From positions 111,669 through 175,668 of the forward strand of contig JAIPGN010000001.1 of NCBI GenBank assembly GCA_021735685.1: a stretch of DNA of 64,000 nucleotides, in the 5' to 3' direction. Positions 27,024 to 39,182 of this stretch are shown one piece after another. The notes beneath the pieces are model-generated. The model did not search any database. It was not told where the DNA came from and saw only the letters and a program-made list of their open reading frames with translations. The translations under genes were made by a program, and so were the position numbers. This DNA comes from Patescibacteria group bacterium (GTDB taxonomy: Bacteria; Patescibacteriota; Patescibacteriia; UBA2591; UBA6264). Position 1 is the stretch's first letter; every line of letters starts with the position of its first letter.

Positions 27024-28718
27024 ATGGAGAAAGATTTTTCAATTATAATCGGAGGGGCAGCTGGACAAGGTTCACGCCGAGCCGGTCTATTAATAGCCAA
27101 GGCTTTTCAGTCTTTAGGCTATTATGTTTTTGTCTATGACGAGTATCAGTCTTTAGTGCGAGGTGGGCATAGTTTTTCTAGCATTAGGGTCTCTTCAACT
27201 AAAAAAAACTCTTCCTCTTCGGAAATAGATTTTTTGATAGCTTTAGATCAGCGAACCTGGGAAGAGCATCGTCATTCTTTAAAAAAAGAAGGTCAAGTTT
27301 TTTACAACCATGATTATTTTCAAATTGAAAAAGAAAAGAGGGCTCAAGGTATTGTTGCTACGCAAATAGTAGAGAAAGAAAAAGGTAAGAAAATTATGGA
27401 AAATATTTCTTTAGTTGCTTTTTTCTTGGGCAGTTTAGGCTTCTCTGAAGAAGCTTTGAAGACTCTTTTTAGAAAAGAATTTAATAAATTCCAAGAAATT
27501 AATTTAAAAATTGCTCAGAAATCTTTTGAAAAAAGTATTTTAATTAAGAAGATTCCTCTTAGAAAGAAAAAACAGGAATTTTCTCTTCTTACTGGCAATC
27601 AAGCTTTGGCTCAGGGAGCAATTAAGGCTGGACTTGAATTTTATTTTGCTTATCCCATGACTCCAGCCACAGGCATTTTGCACTATTTAGCTGGTTCAAC
27701 GGGAAGAAAGGCGGGAATAAAAACAGTTCAAATGGAAAACGAATTAGCTGTTGCTAATGCCGCTCTAGGCAGTGCTTACGCTGGTAAGCCCACTATGTTA
27801 GCCACTTCGGGTGGAGGTTTAGCCTTAATGGGAGAGGCTTTTAGTTTGGGGGTACAAGCGGAAATTCCTTTACTTTTTATTAATAGCCAGAGACCAGCTC
27901 CAGCTAGTGGCGTTCCTACTTACACAGCTCAGGGAGATTTATCCTTTAGTTTAGGATTAGGACATGGAGATATTGTAAAGTTTTTAGTAGCTCCGGGCGA
28001 TGCCGAAGAAGCGGCTTATTGGGCGGGGAAGCTTCTTTCTCTCTCTTGGGAATATCAAACACCTTCTTTACTTTTAATTGATAAGCAAATTTCTGAAAGT
28101 ACTTTTAGTTTTGATCCCGAAATTTTAAAAAAAATTTCTCCAATTCAAATTTTTCCTCAATCAAAAAATAAGAGTCTTAATTATCAAAGGTATGAGATTA
28201 CTAAAAATGGCACTTCTTCTTTAGCTTTTCCGGGTCAAAAAGGAATAGTGGTTAAGGCTAATAGTTATGAGCATCTAGAAAATGGTTTAACTACAGAGCA
28301 AGAAATAGAAATTCAAAAAATGCAAGACAAAAGATTGCGCAAATATCAAGCTATGCAAAAAGTTGTTAACCAAGTTGATGCGGTGAAAGTTTATGGTAAC
28401 AAAAAATCTTCTCAAGCTATTTTAGTTTGGGGCTCAACTAAAGGTCCAGCCCGAGAAGTGGCAGAAGAATTAAAGATTAAAATGATTCAACCTTTATTTT
28501 TGGAACCGTTCCCAGAGAAAAGAATTAAAGCTGCTTTGCAAGGGGTTGAGCATTTAGTTTTAATTGAAGGTAATGCTTTGGGGCAATTAGAGGGTCTTTT
28601 AAAATCTTATCAGATTATTCCTCAAGAAAAGATTTTAAAATACAATTCTCGTCCTTTCTTGGCTTCAGAAATTAAAGCTGCTTTAAATAAAATTTACAAA
28701 AATGAGCGATCAAAATAA
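27024..28718 (+). CDS. 2-oxoacid:ferredoxin oxidoreductase, fused gamma-alpha subunit
   Basis: The N-terminal 'IIIGGAAGQGSRRAGLLIAKAF' is the gamma-type domain. 'GNQALAQGAIKAGLEFYFAYPMTPAT' is the alpha POR_N domain. The TPP-binding beta subunit is encoded immediately downstream. Confidence 0.8.
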   Translation: MEKDFSIIIGGAAGQGSRRAGLLIAKAFQSLGYYVFVYDEYQSLVRGGHSFSSIRVSSTKKNSSSSEIDFLIALDQRTWEEHRHSLKKEGQVFYNHDYFQIEKEKRAQGIVATQIVEKEKGKKIMENISLVAFFLGSLGFSEEALKTLFRKEFNKFQEINLKIAQKSFEKSILIKKIPLRKKKQEFSLLTGNQALAQGAIKAGLEFYFAYPMTPATGILHYLAGSTGRKAGIKTVQMENELAVANAALGSAYAGKPTMLATSGGGLALMGEAFSLGVQAEIPLLFINSQRPAPASGVPTYTAQGDLSFSLGLGHGDIVKFLVAPGDAEEAAYWAGKLLSLSWEYQTPSLLLIDKQISESTFSFDPEILKKISPIQIFPQSKNKSLNYQRYEITKNGTSSLAFPGQKGIVVKANSYEHLENGLTTEQEIEIQKMQDKRLRKYQAMQKVVNQVDAVKVYGNKKSSQAILVWGSTKGPAREVAEELKIKMIQPLFLEPFPEKRIKAALQGVEHLVLIEGNALGQLEGLLKSYQIIPQEKILKYNSRPFLASEIKAALNKIYKNERSK

Positions 28719-29487
28719 ATTAAAATTAGAAACCAATGCCCTTAATACTTGGTGTCCAGGTTGTGGGAATTTTGGCATTTTGTTTGCTTTCAAAAAGGCA
28801 ATTTCTTCTTTAATTCAAGAAGGAACTCCTCGAGAAAATATAGTCTTAAGTAGTGGTATTGGTTGCTCTTCCAAAATAGTTGATTATCTTAATTTAAATA
28901 GTTTTTGTTCTTTGCATGGCCGTCCTTTGGCAATAGCCGAGGGGGTTAAAATTGCTAATCCTAAATTAAAGGTAATAGTTTTTGCTGGGGACGGAGGCAC
29001 ATATAATGAAGGAATTTCTCATTTGATCCATGCTGCTAAAAGAAATATTGATCTCACGGTTTTAGTGCATGATAATCGCTGTTTCGCCTTGACCACTGGT
29101 CAATTTACGGCTACTTCTCCTCAGGGCTTCAAAGGAAAGTCAACTCCGCAGGGTTCTCGCGAAGAACCTTTTGATCCTTTGCGATTGATGTTAGCTTCTA
29201 ATGCTAGTTTTATTGCGCGGGGTTATTCGGGTAAAATTGTTCATTTGCAAAAGATAATTTCAGCGGCTCTTAAGCATCCAGGTTTTTCCTTTGTTAACAT
29301 TCTTCAGCCCTGTGTTTCTTTTTTTAACACTACTGACTTTTACAATCAAAGAGTTTACGAAATGAAAGATTGCGACTTGGGCTCTCGCCAGAAAGCTTTG
29401 GCTAAAATGCAAGAATGGAATTATCAAGAAAACGAAAAGAAAATCCCTTTGGGAATTTTCTTGCAGGTTAAACGTCCTGTCTATTAA
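28702..29487 (+). CDS. 2-oxoacid:ferredoxin oxidoreductase beta subunit (TPP-binding)
   Basis: 'WCPGCGNFGIL' and 'GDGG.YNEG' TPP motifs are present. It overlaps the alpha gene, as is typical of a kor/por operon. Confidence 0.85.
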   Translation: MSDQNKLKLETNALNTWCPGCGNFGILFAFKKAISSLIQEGTPRENIVLSSGIGCSSKIVDYLNLNSFCSLHGRPLAIAEGVKIANPKLKVIVFAGDGGTYNEGISHLIHAAKRNIDLTVLVHDNRCFALTTGQFTATSPQGFKGKSTPQGSREEPFDPLRLMLASNASFIARGYSGKIVHLQKIISAALKHPGFSFVNILQPCVSFFNTTDFYNQRVYEMKDCDLGSRQKALAKMQEWNYQENEKKIPLGIFLQVKRPVY

Positions 29488-29508
29488 TCTTTTTATTGAT
29501 TCATTTTT

Positions 29509-30555
29509 TTAGCTTTCCTCTATCTCTAAGTTGGGGTTAGCTTTTATTTTACGCCAATTATTTTTTAGATTTTGTTTTTTAAGGGAATTTAATTTTTGGT
29601 ATTGAAAATAAGCGGCAACAGCAATCATGGTGGCATTATCCATACAAAATTCTAAAGGAGGGATTAAAATTTTTGGAGAAGAGCTCATTTTTTCGGCTTG
29701 AATCAAAAACTGTTTTCTTAATTCTTGATTAGCGATTACTCCGCCACCTAAAATAATTGAATTAACTTTAAACTCTTGGGCAGCTCGAAAAGTTTTTTTA
29801 AGGAGGACGTCAATGATTGCTTGCTGAGACTCATAGCAAATTTCAGCGATGAATTTTTGATTTTGAAGAAAAGCTTTTCTTTTCTGAATGGTATAAAGAA
29901 CGGCTGTTTTTAGGCCAGAAAAGCTGAAATCATAGTTTTTGCTCTGAATCATGGGCCGGGGCAGTTTAGTTTTTATTTGATTGGGCTTAGCTTGAGCAGC
30001 GTATTGAGAAACAATTGGTCCGCCTGGATAGCCCAGACCAAGTAATTTGGCAATTTTGTCAAAACATTCTCCAGCGGCATCATCACGAGTTTGTCCGATT
30101 TTTTTTTGATGGTGATAATCTTGGAGTAAAATTAATTCCGTGTGTCCGCCAGAGACAATCAAACCGAGAGCGGGGAAAGAGGGGGTTTCCTTAAGAAAGT
30201 TGGCTGCTAAGTGTCCTTGAAGATGATTGACACCTAAAAGAGGTTTTTGCCAAGCCAAAGAAAGAGTTTTGGCTGTTTCTACTCCCACCAAAAGAGAGGT
30301 AATTAGTCCAGGTCCCTCGGTAACCGCAATTAGATCAATAAGCTTTGGTTTAACGCTTAAGGCTTTTTCAATAACAGGAATAATTTTTTTAATATGTTCG
30401 CGGGCCGCTAACTCTGGGATGATTCCCCCGTATTGATTATGTAGAGAAATCTGAGAGGCAATTACTTTTTTTAAAACTTTAAACTTGCCTCGCTCTATTT
30501 TTAAGAGAGAGGCTGCGGTTTCGTCACAAGATGTTTCTATGCCAAGAATAAGCAT
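29509..30555 (-). CDS. tsaD: tRNA N6-adenosine threonylcarbamoyltransferase TsaD (Kae1/YgjD)
   Basis: 'MLILGIETSCDETAASL' is present together with the two His metal-binding region 'HLQGHL'. Confidence 0.9.
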   Translation of the reverse strand: MLILGIETSCDETAASLLKIERGKFKVLKKVIASQISLHNQYGGIIPELAAREHIKKIIPVIEKALSVKPKLIDLIAVTEGPGLITSLLVGVETAKTLSLAWQKPLLGVNHLQGHLAANFLKETPSFPALGLIVSGGHTELILLQDYHHQKKIGQTRDDAAGECFDKIAKLLGLGYPGGPIVSQYAAQAKPNQIKTKLPRPMIQSKNYDFSFSGLKTAVLYTIQKRKAFLQNQKFIAEICYESQQAIIDVLLKKTFRAAQEFKVNSIILGGGVIANQELRKQFLIQAEKMSSSPKILIPPLEFCMDNATMIAVAAYFQYQKLNSLKKQNLKNNWRKIKANPNLEIEES

Positions 30556-30713
30556 AATTGAATAATTTGTTATTAATAATTAATTATTAATGATGAAATT
30601 ATAACTGTTTAATTATTTAAGTCTCAATCCCTGTTTTCTCGCGACTTAGCCTTTGACAAATCTCTAATTTATAATTAAAATATAAATTAATAATTTTATC
30701 AACAAAGTTATTT

Positions 30714-32336
30714 TTGTTTATGCCTAAAATTTCTTCAGGCCTTCAAAAATTAATCAAAGATTATCAATTTTGGCAGAAATCTTTATCTTTGCCTCCTGGA
30801 GCTATTGTTATTCAGGCTGATGAGGTAGCTAGCAAGCTTGCCTCTCTTTATGAGCGTATCAGAAAAGTGGTGGATTGGAAAGAGCAACATTTAATGAGAA
30901 GAGTGGCTATTGAGAGAATTCTAAAAAGAAGGCTTCTTTTAAGAACCAAAGGACAGCAAATTGCTGAGCCTTTTGTTTTAGAATTAGTGCGAGGCGGTTA
31001 TTTTCCTTCTACTCCGATTGAGAAACAAAAAATATCAGTTGTTCAAAAGGTTTTAGATAAGTACATCTTTATTCTTGATCGCCTAAAAAAAATTGATTTA
31101 AAGGGCAAAAATCAAGGAGAGGTTTATACAGATATTTTGGGAATTGCCGCTTGTGAAATTGAAGAAGTTCTGGCGCCTAATTTTTACTTAAAACAAAATG
31201 CTTTAATTCGTTTTGCCGAAGGAGTGATGAGAGAAAGAATCAAAGTGGGAAGCCGAGCGCGGGAATTAACTCAGATCACAGATGAAGAAATTAAAATTCA
31301 AATTTATATTAGCTTACAGCAATCCCTCTTTAAATTAGATGCGCCGATTATTAGTTATAATTTAATTAAGCGTTATTATCCTTTTTGGTCTCATCCTACT
31401 CCTGAGCAAATTAAACCTTTTGCAGAAAGACTGGGGCAAGTTTTGGAAGATATTGAGACTCAACTTAATCATCCTTTAGCTAATAAGTTTTACAAAATAA
31501 TGGAACGCTACAATACTCCTTATTTGTTGTTGGATGATATTCTTAGCGAGGATCCTCAGGTTTTGTCTTCTGATAAAATTGAAGAGCCTTCAGATTTGAA
31601 TCGTTATGTGAGTCGAGCTTATTCGGATCGTTTAAAGACTTTGCGTTCTCGTTTAGGGCGAGCTGCTTTTTACAGCACGCTTTCTATTTTTTTAACCAAC
31701 CTTTTCACTCTTTATGTTTTAGAGTTTCCTTTTGCTAAATACGTGATGGGAAGCATCAATCCTTTGGCGGCAGTAATTGATGTTTTGGGGCCTACTTTTT
31801 TAATGCTTTTTTTAGTTTCTACGGTTAGAACTCCTTCTTCGGGGAACAAAAAAATAGTTTTAGAAGAAGTGCAAAAAATAGTTTACGAGGACATGGAAAA
31901 AGTAAGTTATGAGGTGGAGGTTTATCGTAAAGGTAATTTTGTTTTCCGTTTGATTAATAATTTAATTTATGGCATTAGTTTTGCTGCTTGTTTTGGTCTT
32001 ATTCTTTTTGCTCTTTATAAATTAAATTATCCGCCCCTTTCTTATCTCCTTTTGATTATGTTTACTTCTTTAATTGCTTTTACCGGGAATAAAATTAGAA
32101 AAAGGTCACGTGAATTGCACGTGACTGAAAAGAAAGATAGTTTTTTTCAAGTTATTATTGATTTATTTTCTGTGCCAGTGATGAGTTTAGGGAAATGGTT
32201 TTTGGCCCGTTGGAAAAAGATTAATATTTTGGGAGTAGCCTTTAATGTTTTGATTGACACTCCTTTTTTAATTTTTGTTCAGTTCCTAGAACAATGGAGA
32301 TATTTTTTAAAAGAAAAAAAAGAGAATTTAAGATAA
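30714..32336 (+). CDS. hypothetical protein, soluble N-terminal half plus ~4-TM C-terminal half
   Basis: 540 aa with no recognisable family. The C-terminal half is hydrophobic. It contains an intragenic perfect palindrome GTCACGTGaattgCACGTGAC at about 32105-32126. Confidence 0.4.
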   Translation: MFMPKISSGLQKLIKDYQFWQKSLSLPPGAIVIQADEVASKLASLYERIRKVVDWKEQHLMRRVAIERILKRRLLLRTKGQQIAEPFVLELVRGGYFPSTPIEKQKISVVQKVLDKYIFILDRLKKIDLKGKNQGEVYTDILGIAACEIEEVLAPNFYLKQNALIRFAEGVMRERIKVGSRARELTQITDEEIKIQIYISLQQSLFKLDAPIISYNLIKRYYPFWSHPTPEQIKPFAERLGQVLEDIETQLNHPLANKFYKIMERYNTPYLLLDDILSEDPQVLSSDKIEEPSDLNRYVSRAYSDRLKTLRSRLGRAAFYSTLSIFLTNLFTLYVLEFPFAKYVMGSINPLAAVIDVLGPTFLMLFLVSTVRTPSSGNKKIVLEEVQKIVYEDMEKVSYEVEVYRKGNFVFRLINNLIYGISFAACFGLILFALYKLNYPPLSYLLLIMFTSLIAFTGNKIRKRSRELHVTEKKDSFFQVIIDLFSVPVMSLGKWFLARWKKINILGVAFNVLIDTPFLIFVQFLEQWRYFLKEKKENLR

Positions 32337-32388
32337 ATAATAGAAATAATTGATTGTTCTCTAGCAGTCAATGTAATTTATGTTTGTT

Positions 32389-34008
32389 ATGACAAAATAT
32401 GTTTTTGTAGTCGGAGGAGTAATGTCGGGATTAGGTAAGGGAGTGGCCACTGCCTCTATGGGTCGGCTTTTACAAAGCAAAGGTTATCGTGTTTCTGCGA
32501 TCAAAATTGATCCCTACATTAATGTTGATGCTGGTACTATGAATCCCGTAGAGCACGGTGAGGTTTTTGTTACTGAAGATGGCTTAGAAACTGATCAAGA
32601 TTTGGGTAATTATGAGCGTTTTTTGAACAAGGATATTACTAGCTTAAATTACATGACCACGGGAAGTGTTTATAGTAGCGTTATTCAGAAAGAAAGAAAT
32701 CTAGAATATCAGGGTCGTTGTGTAGAGGTAATCCCTCATATTCCCAATGAAGTTATTGAGCGCATTAAAAAAGTGGGGCAAGAAACTAAATCCGATATAG
32801 TTTTGATTGAAGTTGGAGGAACTGTTGGAGAATACCAAAATGCTATTTTTTTAGAAGCTGCTCGGATGATGAAGTTAGAAAATCCAGGCCATGTTGTTTT
32901 CGTAATGCTTAGTTATTTGCCCGTGCCCCCTAAAATTGGAGAAATGAAAACTAAACCGACTCAATATGCGGTTCGTACTTTAAATTCAGCTGGCTTGCAA
33001 CCGGATTTTATTTTAGCACGTTCGGTTGTCCCTTTAGATGCGGTGCGCAAAGAAAAAATTTCTACTTTTTGTAATATTTCTCCGGAAAATATTATTTCAG
33101 CGCCAGATGTGGACTCAATTTATAAAGTTCCGCTTAATTTTGCTAAAGATAATTTAGGAGAAAAGATTTTAAAAAAATTGAAATTACCAGCGCGTGCTAG
33201 TGATTTGAAAAAATGGCGGCGTATTGTTAAGACCGCTGCGCAAGCTTCTAAGAAAGTGAATGTTGGTTTAGTTGGTAAATATTTTGCTACTGGTAAATTT
33301 ACTTTAACCGATTCTTATATCTCGGTAATCGAAGCGGTTCGTCATGCTGCTTGGGCCAATAATTGTCGCCCTGTTTTTCATTGGATTAATAGCCAACAGA
33401 TTGAAAAACAAGGAGTTAAGGCTCTCAAAGATTTAGATGGTGTAATCATTACTCAGGGCTGGGGCAAAAGAGGCTCGGAAGGAATGATTAAAGCCATTCA
33501 ATTTTGTCGCGAGAATAAAAAGCCCTGTTTTGGACTTTGTTATGGACTACAAATGGCTGTTATTGAGTTTGCTCGTCATGTTTGCGGGATTAAGGGAGCC
33601 ACTTCAGAAGAAATTGACCCGCAAGCCAAGGATCAAGTTATTCATATTATGCCTGACCAAAAAGATATGGTTGCCCGTAAGCGATATGGAGGAACTATTA
33701 GACTAGGAGCTTATCCTTGTTGTTTACAGCCCAAAAGCCGGGCTGCTAGCATTTATCGACAAAAAAAGATTTTTGAAAGACATCGTCATCGTTATGAATT
33801 TAATAATCAATATCGAAAAGATTTCGAAAAAAAAGGTTTAGTGGTTAGTGGAGTTTCTCCAGATAATAAATTGGTAGAAATCGTTGAAATTTCTGATCAT
33901 CCCTTTTTTCTGGCTACTCAATTTCATCCTGAGTACAAATCACGGCTTTTGGCTCCTCACCCTTTATTTAAAGCTTTTGTTAAAGCCTCTTTATTAACCA
34001 AGAAATAA
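32389..34008 (+). CDS. pyrG: CTP synthase
   Basis: 'MTKYVFVVGGVMSGLGKG' N-terminus, and the GATase domain with 'GLCYGLQ' and 'H..RYE'. Confidence 0.9.
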   Translation: MTKYVFVVGGVMSGLGKGVATASMGRLLQSKGYRVSAIKIDPYINVDAGTMNPVEHGEVFVTEDGLETDQDLGNYERFLNKDITSLNYMTTGSVYSSVIQKERNLEYQGRCVEVIPHIPNEVIERIKKVGQETKSDIVLIEVGGTVGEYQNAIFLEAARMMKLENPGHVVFVMLSYLPVPPKIGEMKTKPTQYAVRTLNSAGLQPDFILARSVVPLDAVRKEKISTFCNISPENIISAPDVDSIYKVPLNFAKDNLGEKILKKLKLPARASDLKKWRRIVKTAAQASKKVNVGLVGKYFATGKFTLTDSYISVIEAVRHAAWANNCRPVFHWINSQQIEKQGVKALKDLDGVIITQGWGKRGSEGMIKAIQFCRENKKPCFGLCYGLQMAVIEFARHVCGIKGATSEEIDPQAKDQVIHIMPDQKDMVARKRYGGTIRLGAYPCCLQPKSRAASIYRQKKIFERHRHRYEFNNQYRKDFEKKGLVVSGVSPDNKLVEIVEISDHPFFLATQFHPEYKSRLLAPHPLFKAFVKASLLTKK

Positions 34009-34198
34009 ACAACTTATCCACATTGACTAATTAAGTTTTTGAGATATAATAATAATTAATTAAAAGAACTTCCCAGCTGGTCATATAATTTGATTTAGCT
34101 GAAAAAAGATTATTGCGAAATGTTTACTTTTGTAAAAATTATTGAGCATATTTTTCTGTCGGATGGTTAATTTTTTTTGATTGTAGAAAAAAATGATA

Positions 34199-34221
34199 AC
34201 CGCCGGCTCGGCGGTTTTTTT
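34199..34221 (+). terminator. rho-independent terminator-like hairpin
   Basis: ACCGCCG-GCT-CGGCGGT followed by TTTTTTT. It lies between pyrG and the 23S rRNA gene. Confidence 0.5.
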
Positions 34222-34324
34222 AATTGTTCTTTGAAAATTAAAGAAGAAAAAGCATCTTAAGCTTTAATTATTATATTAAAGCTCACGCCAAAAACATTTA
34301 ATTATTATGAATTAAATGATGAAT

Positions 34325-37360
<3,036 letters not shown>

Positions 37361-37409
37361 CTAATTTATCATTTAGTTCATAATTTATTTTTCCTAAGGA
37401 CAATAGAAT

Positions 37410-37518
37410 TCTGGTGATTCTGCCGGGGAGGAAACACCTGTTCCCATCCCGAACACAGAAGTTAAGCTCCCTAGGGCCGATGGTAGTCTTTAAGGCGAGA
37501 GTAGGTAATCGCCAGAAT
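37410..37518 (+). rRNA. rrf: 5S ribosomal RNA
   Basis: 'TCTGGTGATTCTGCCGGGGAGGAAACACCTGTTCCCATCCCGAACACAGAAGTTAAGC...GAGAGTAGGTAATCGCCAGAA' shows the conserved 5S blocks. Helix I ends pair. Confidence 0.85.
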
Positions 37519-37536
37519 TCTGTTGTTCTTTTTCTA

Positions 37537-37566
37537 AAACCGCTATTTTTATTTAGCGGTTTTTTT
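37537..37566 (+). terminator. rRNA operon rho-independent terminator
   Basis: A 9-bp stem AAACCGCTA/TAGCGGTTT with an 8-nt loop, followed by T7. Confidence 0.6.
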
Positions 37567-37618
37567 GTTAAAATCAAAATACCTTTTTTAATGTATTATA
37601 TAATAATATTTAATTTCT

Positions 37619-37657
37619 CTGCCTACCGGTAGGCAGGCTTGTCTGCCGGTAGGCAGA
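37619..37657. promoter_or_regulatory. pair of operator-like palindromes CTGCCTACCGGTAGGCAG and TCTGCC-GGTAGGCAGA
   Basis: The first 18-mer is a perfect palindrome. The second is an imperfect copy about 22 bp downstream (roughly two helical turns). The pair lies about 45 nt upstream of the EndoQ-like gene start. Confidence 0.35.
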
Positions 37658-37699
37658 AAGGCTCTGCGAATAAAGTGAGCAGGTTTTTGTTATAAACAT

Positions 37700-38938
37700 A
37701 TGCAATATATAGCTGACTTTCATATTCATTCTAAGTATTCACGAGCTACCTCGCCCCAAATGGACTTGGAGCATTTAGATTATGAGGCTGCTCGCAAAGG
37801 AATCCAGGTTTTGGGAACCGGGGATTTTACTCATCCTGCTTGGTTTAAAGAATTAAAAGAGAAATTACATCTAGTGTCCGAAGGTATTTATCAAGTTAAA
37901 AACAGTAAATATTTGACTAATTTCATTTTGACTTCGGAATTATCTTGTATCTATAAAAAGAATGGAAAATGTCGCCGAATTCATTTGGTTTTTTTGGCTC
38001 CCAGCTTGGAGGTGGTTGAAAAGATTAACAAAAAATTAGACCAGAGATTTAATATAAGGTCAGACGGTCGTCCTATTTTGGGTGTTGATGCCGAAGAGTT
38101 AGCTAAGCTCATTTTTGATATTTCTCCGAAATGTTTTTTAATTTGCGCCCATATTTGGACTCCCTGGTTTTCTTTGTTTGGCGCTAAATCGGGATTTGAT
38201 ACAGTAGAAGAATGCTTTGGAGAAATGAGTTCCAAAGTTTATGCTATGGAAACGGGTTTAAGTTCTGACCCGGCCATGAATTGGCGCTTGTCAGCTTTGG
38301 ATAAATACACCCTACTTAGTAATTCTGATGCTCATAGTCCTCGCAATTTAGGCAGAGAAGCTAACGTTTTTGATTTAAAAAAATTAACTTATTCTAATCT
38401 AATTAATGCCATTAAAACCAAAAAAGGCCTAGAATATACTATTGAATTTTATCCAGAAGAAGGAAAATATCATTTAGATGGTCATCGAGCCTGTGACATT
38501 AAAATGACCCCTCAGGAATCAATAAAGAACAAAAATATTTGTCCGCAATGTCATCGTCCTCTGACTATTGGCGTCTTGCATCGTGTTAATGAACTAGCTG
38601 ATCGTCCCGAGGGTTTTATTCCTTCGAAAGCCATCCCATTCAAGAGTATTATCCCTTTGCCTGAATTGATTTCCGAAATAAAAGGAGTGGGCCCCAAATC
38701 TAAAACAGTTCAAAAAGAATATGATTCTTTAATTTCTAAGGGCCAAAGTGAATTTAATATTTTACTTCATCTCTCTTTTTCTCAATTAAAAGAAATTACT
38801 TCTTTAGAATTAGCTCGGGCCATTATTAAGGCGAGAGAAGGAAAGGTGATTAAAGAAGCTGGTTATGATGGGGTTTATGGAAAGATAAAAGTGTCCGAGT
38901 CAGAAGATGGTAAAATTTCTCAAAAAAAACTTTTTTAA
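37700..38938 (+). CDS. PHP-domain endonuclease, EndoQ-like (TIGR00375-like) with C4 zinc ribbon
   Basis: The N-terminus 'ADFHIHSKYSRATSP' is a PHP metal-binding motif, with further His/Asp PHP motifs ('HIWTPWFS', 'NSDAHSP'). A Cys4 ribbon 'CPQCHRPLT' is present, and the ~410 aa size matches archaeal/bacterial EndoQ. Confidence 0.55.
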   Translation: MQYIADFHIHSKYSRATSPQMDLEHLDYEAARKGIQVLGTGDFTHPAWFKELKEKLHLVSEGIYQVKNSKYLTNFILTSELSCIYKKNGKCRRIHLVFLAPSLEVVEKINKKLDQRFNIRSDGRPILGVDAEELAKLIFDISPKCFLICAHIWTPWFSLFGAKSGFDTVEECFGEMSSKVYAMETGLSSDPAMNWRLSALDKYTLLSNSDAHSPRNLGREANVFDLKKLTYSNLINAIKTKKGLEYTIEFYPEEGKYHLDGHRACDIKMTPQESIKNKNICPQCHRPLTIGVLHRVNELADRPEGFIPSKAIPFKSIIPLPELISEIKGVGPKSKTVQKEYDSLISKGQSEFNILLHLSFSQLKEITSLELARAIIKAREGKVIKEAGYDGVYGKIKVSESEDGKISQKKLF

Positions 38939-38998
38939 CCCAAATGTTTTTTCACAAATTAAATTAATCAGCAAATACCTTGGATTGTTCCAAAATAA

Positions 38999-39045
38999 AT
39001 GTACGAGGTCGAACCTCGTACATACTTAGGGGTTCAGCCCCTAAG
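38999..39045. repeat. two adjacent perfect hairpins (ATGTACGAGGT-cga-ACCTCGTACAT and CTTAGGGG-ttca-GCCCCTAAG) lacking T-runs
   Basis: 11-bp and 8-bp perfect stems lie back to back, 60 nt downstream of the EndoQ-like stop. Further partial dyads (GGTTGACCCCTGGGTTAACC) follow up to 39100. Confidence 0.3.
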
Positions 39046-39182
39046 CTCTACTGAGCCTTAACCTTGCAATGTCAATTTGTTAAAAAACTGTAAATGGTTG
39101 ACCCCTGGGTTAACCGACAAAAGATTTCCTCGCGGGTTTGACTTATGAGGAAGTGAAAAATAAAAAATTAAGAACAAAAATT

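Noticed and set aside
34015-34023. A perfect DnaA box TTATCCACA just downstream of pyrG.
   Set aside because: It is a single isolated 9-mer. Chance occurrence is plausible in a 64-kb AT-rich window, and no clustering or AT-rich unwinding element accompanies it.
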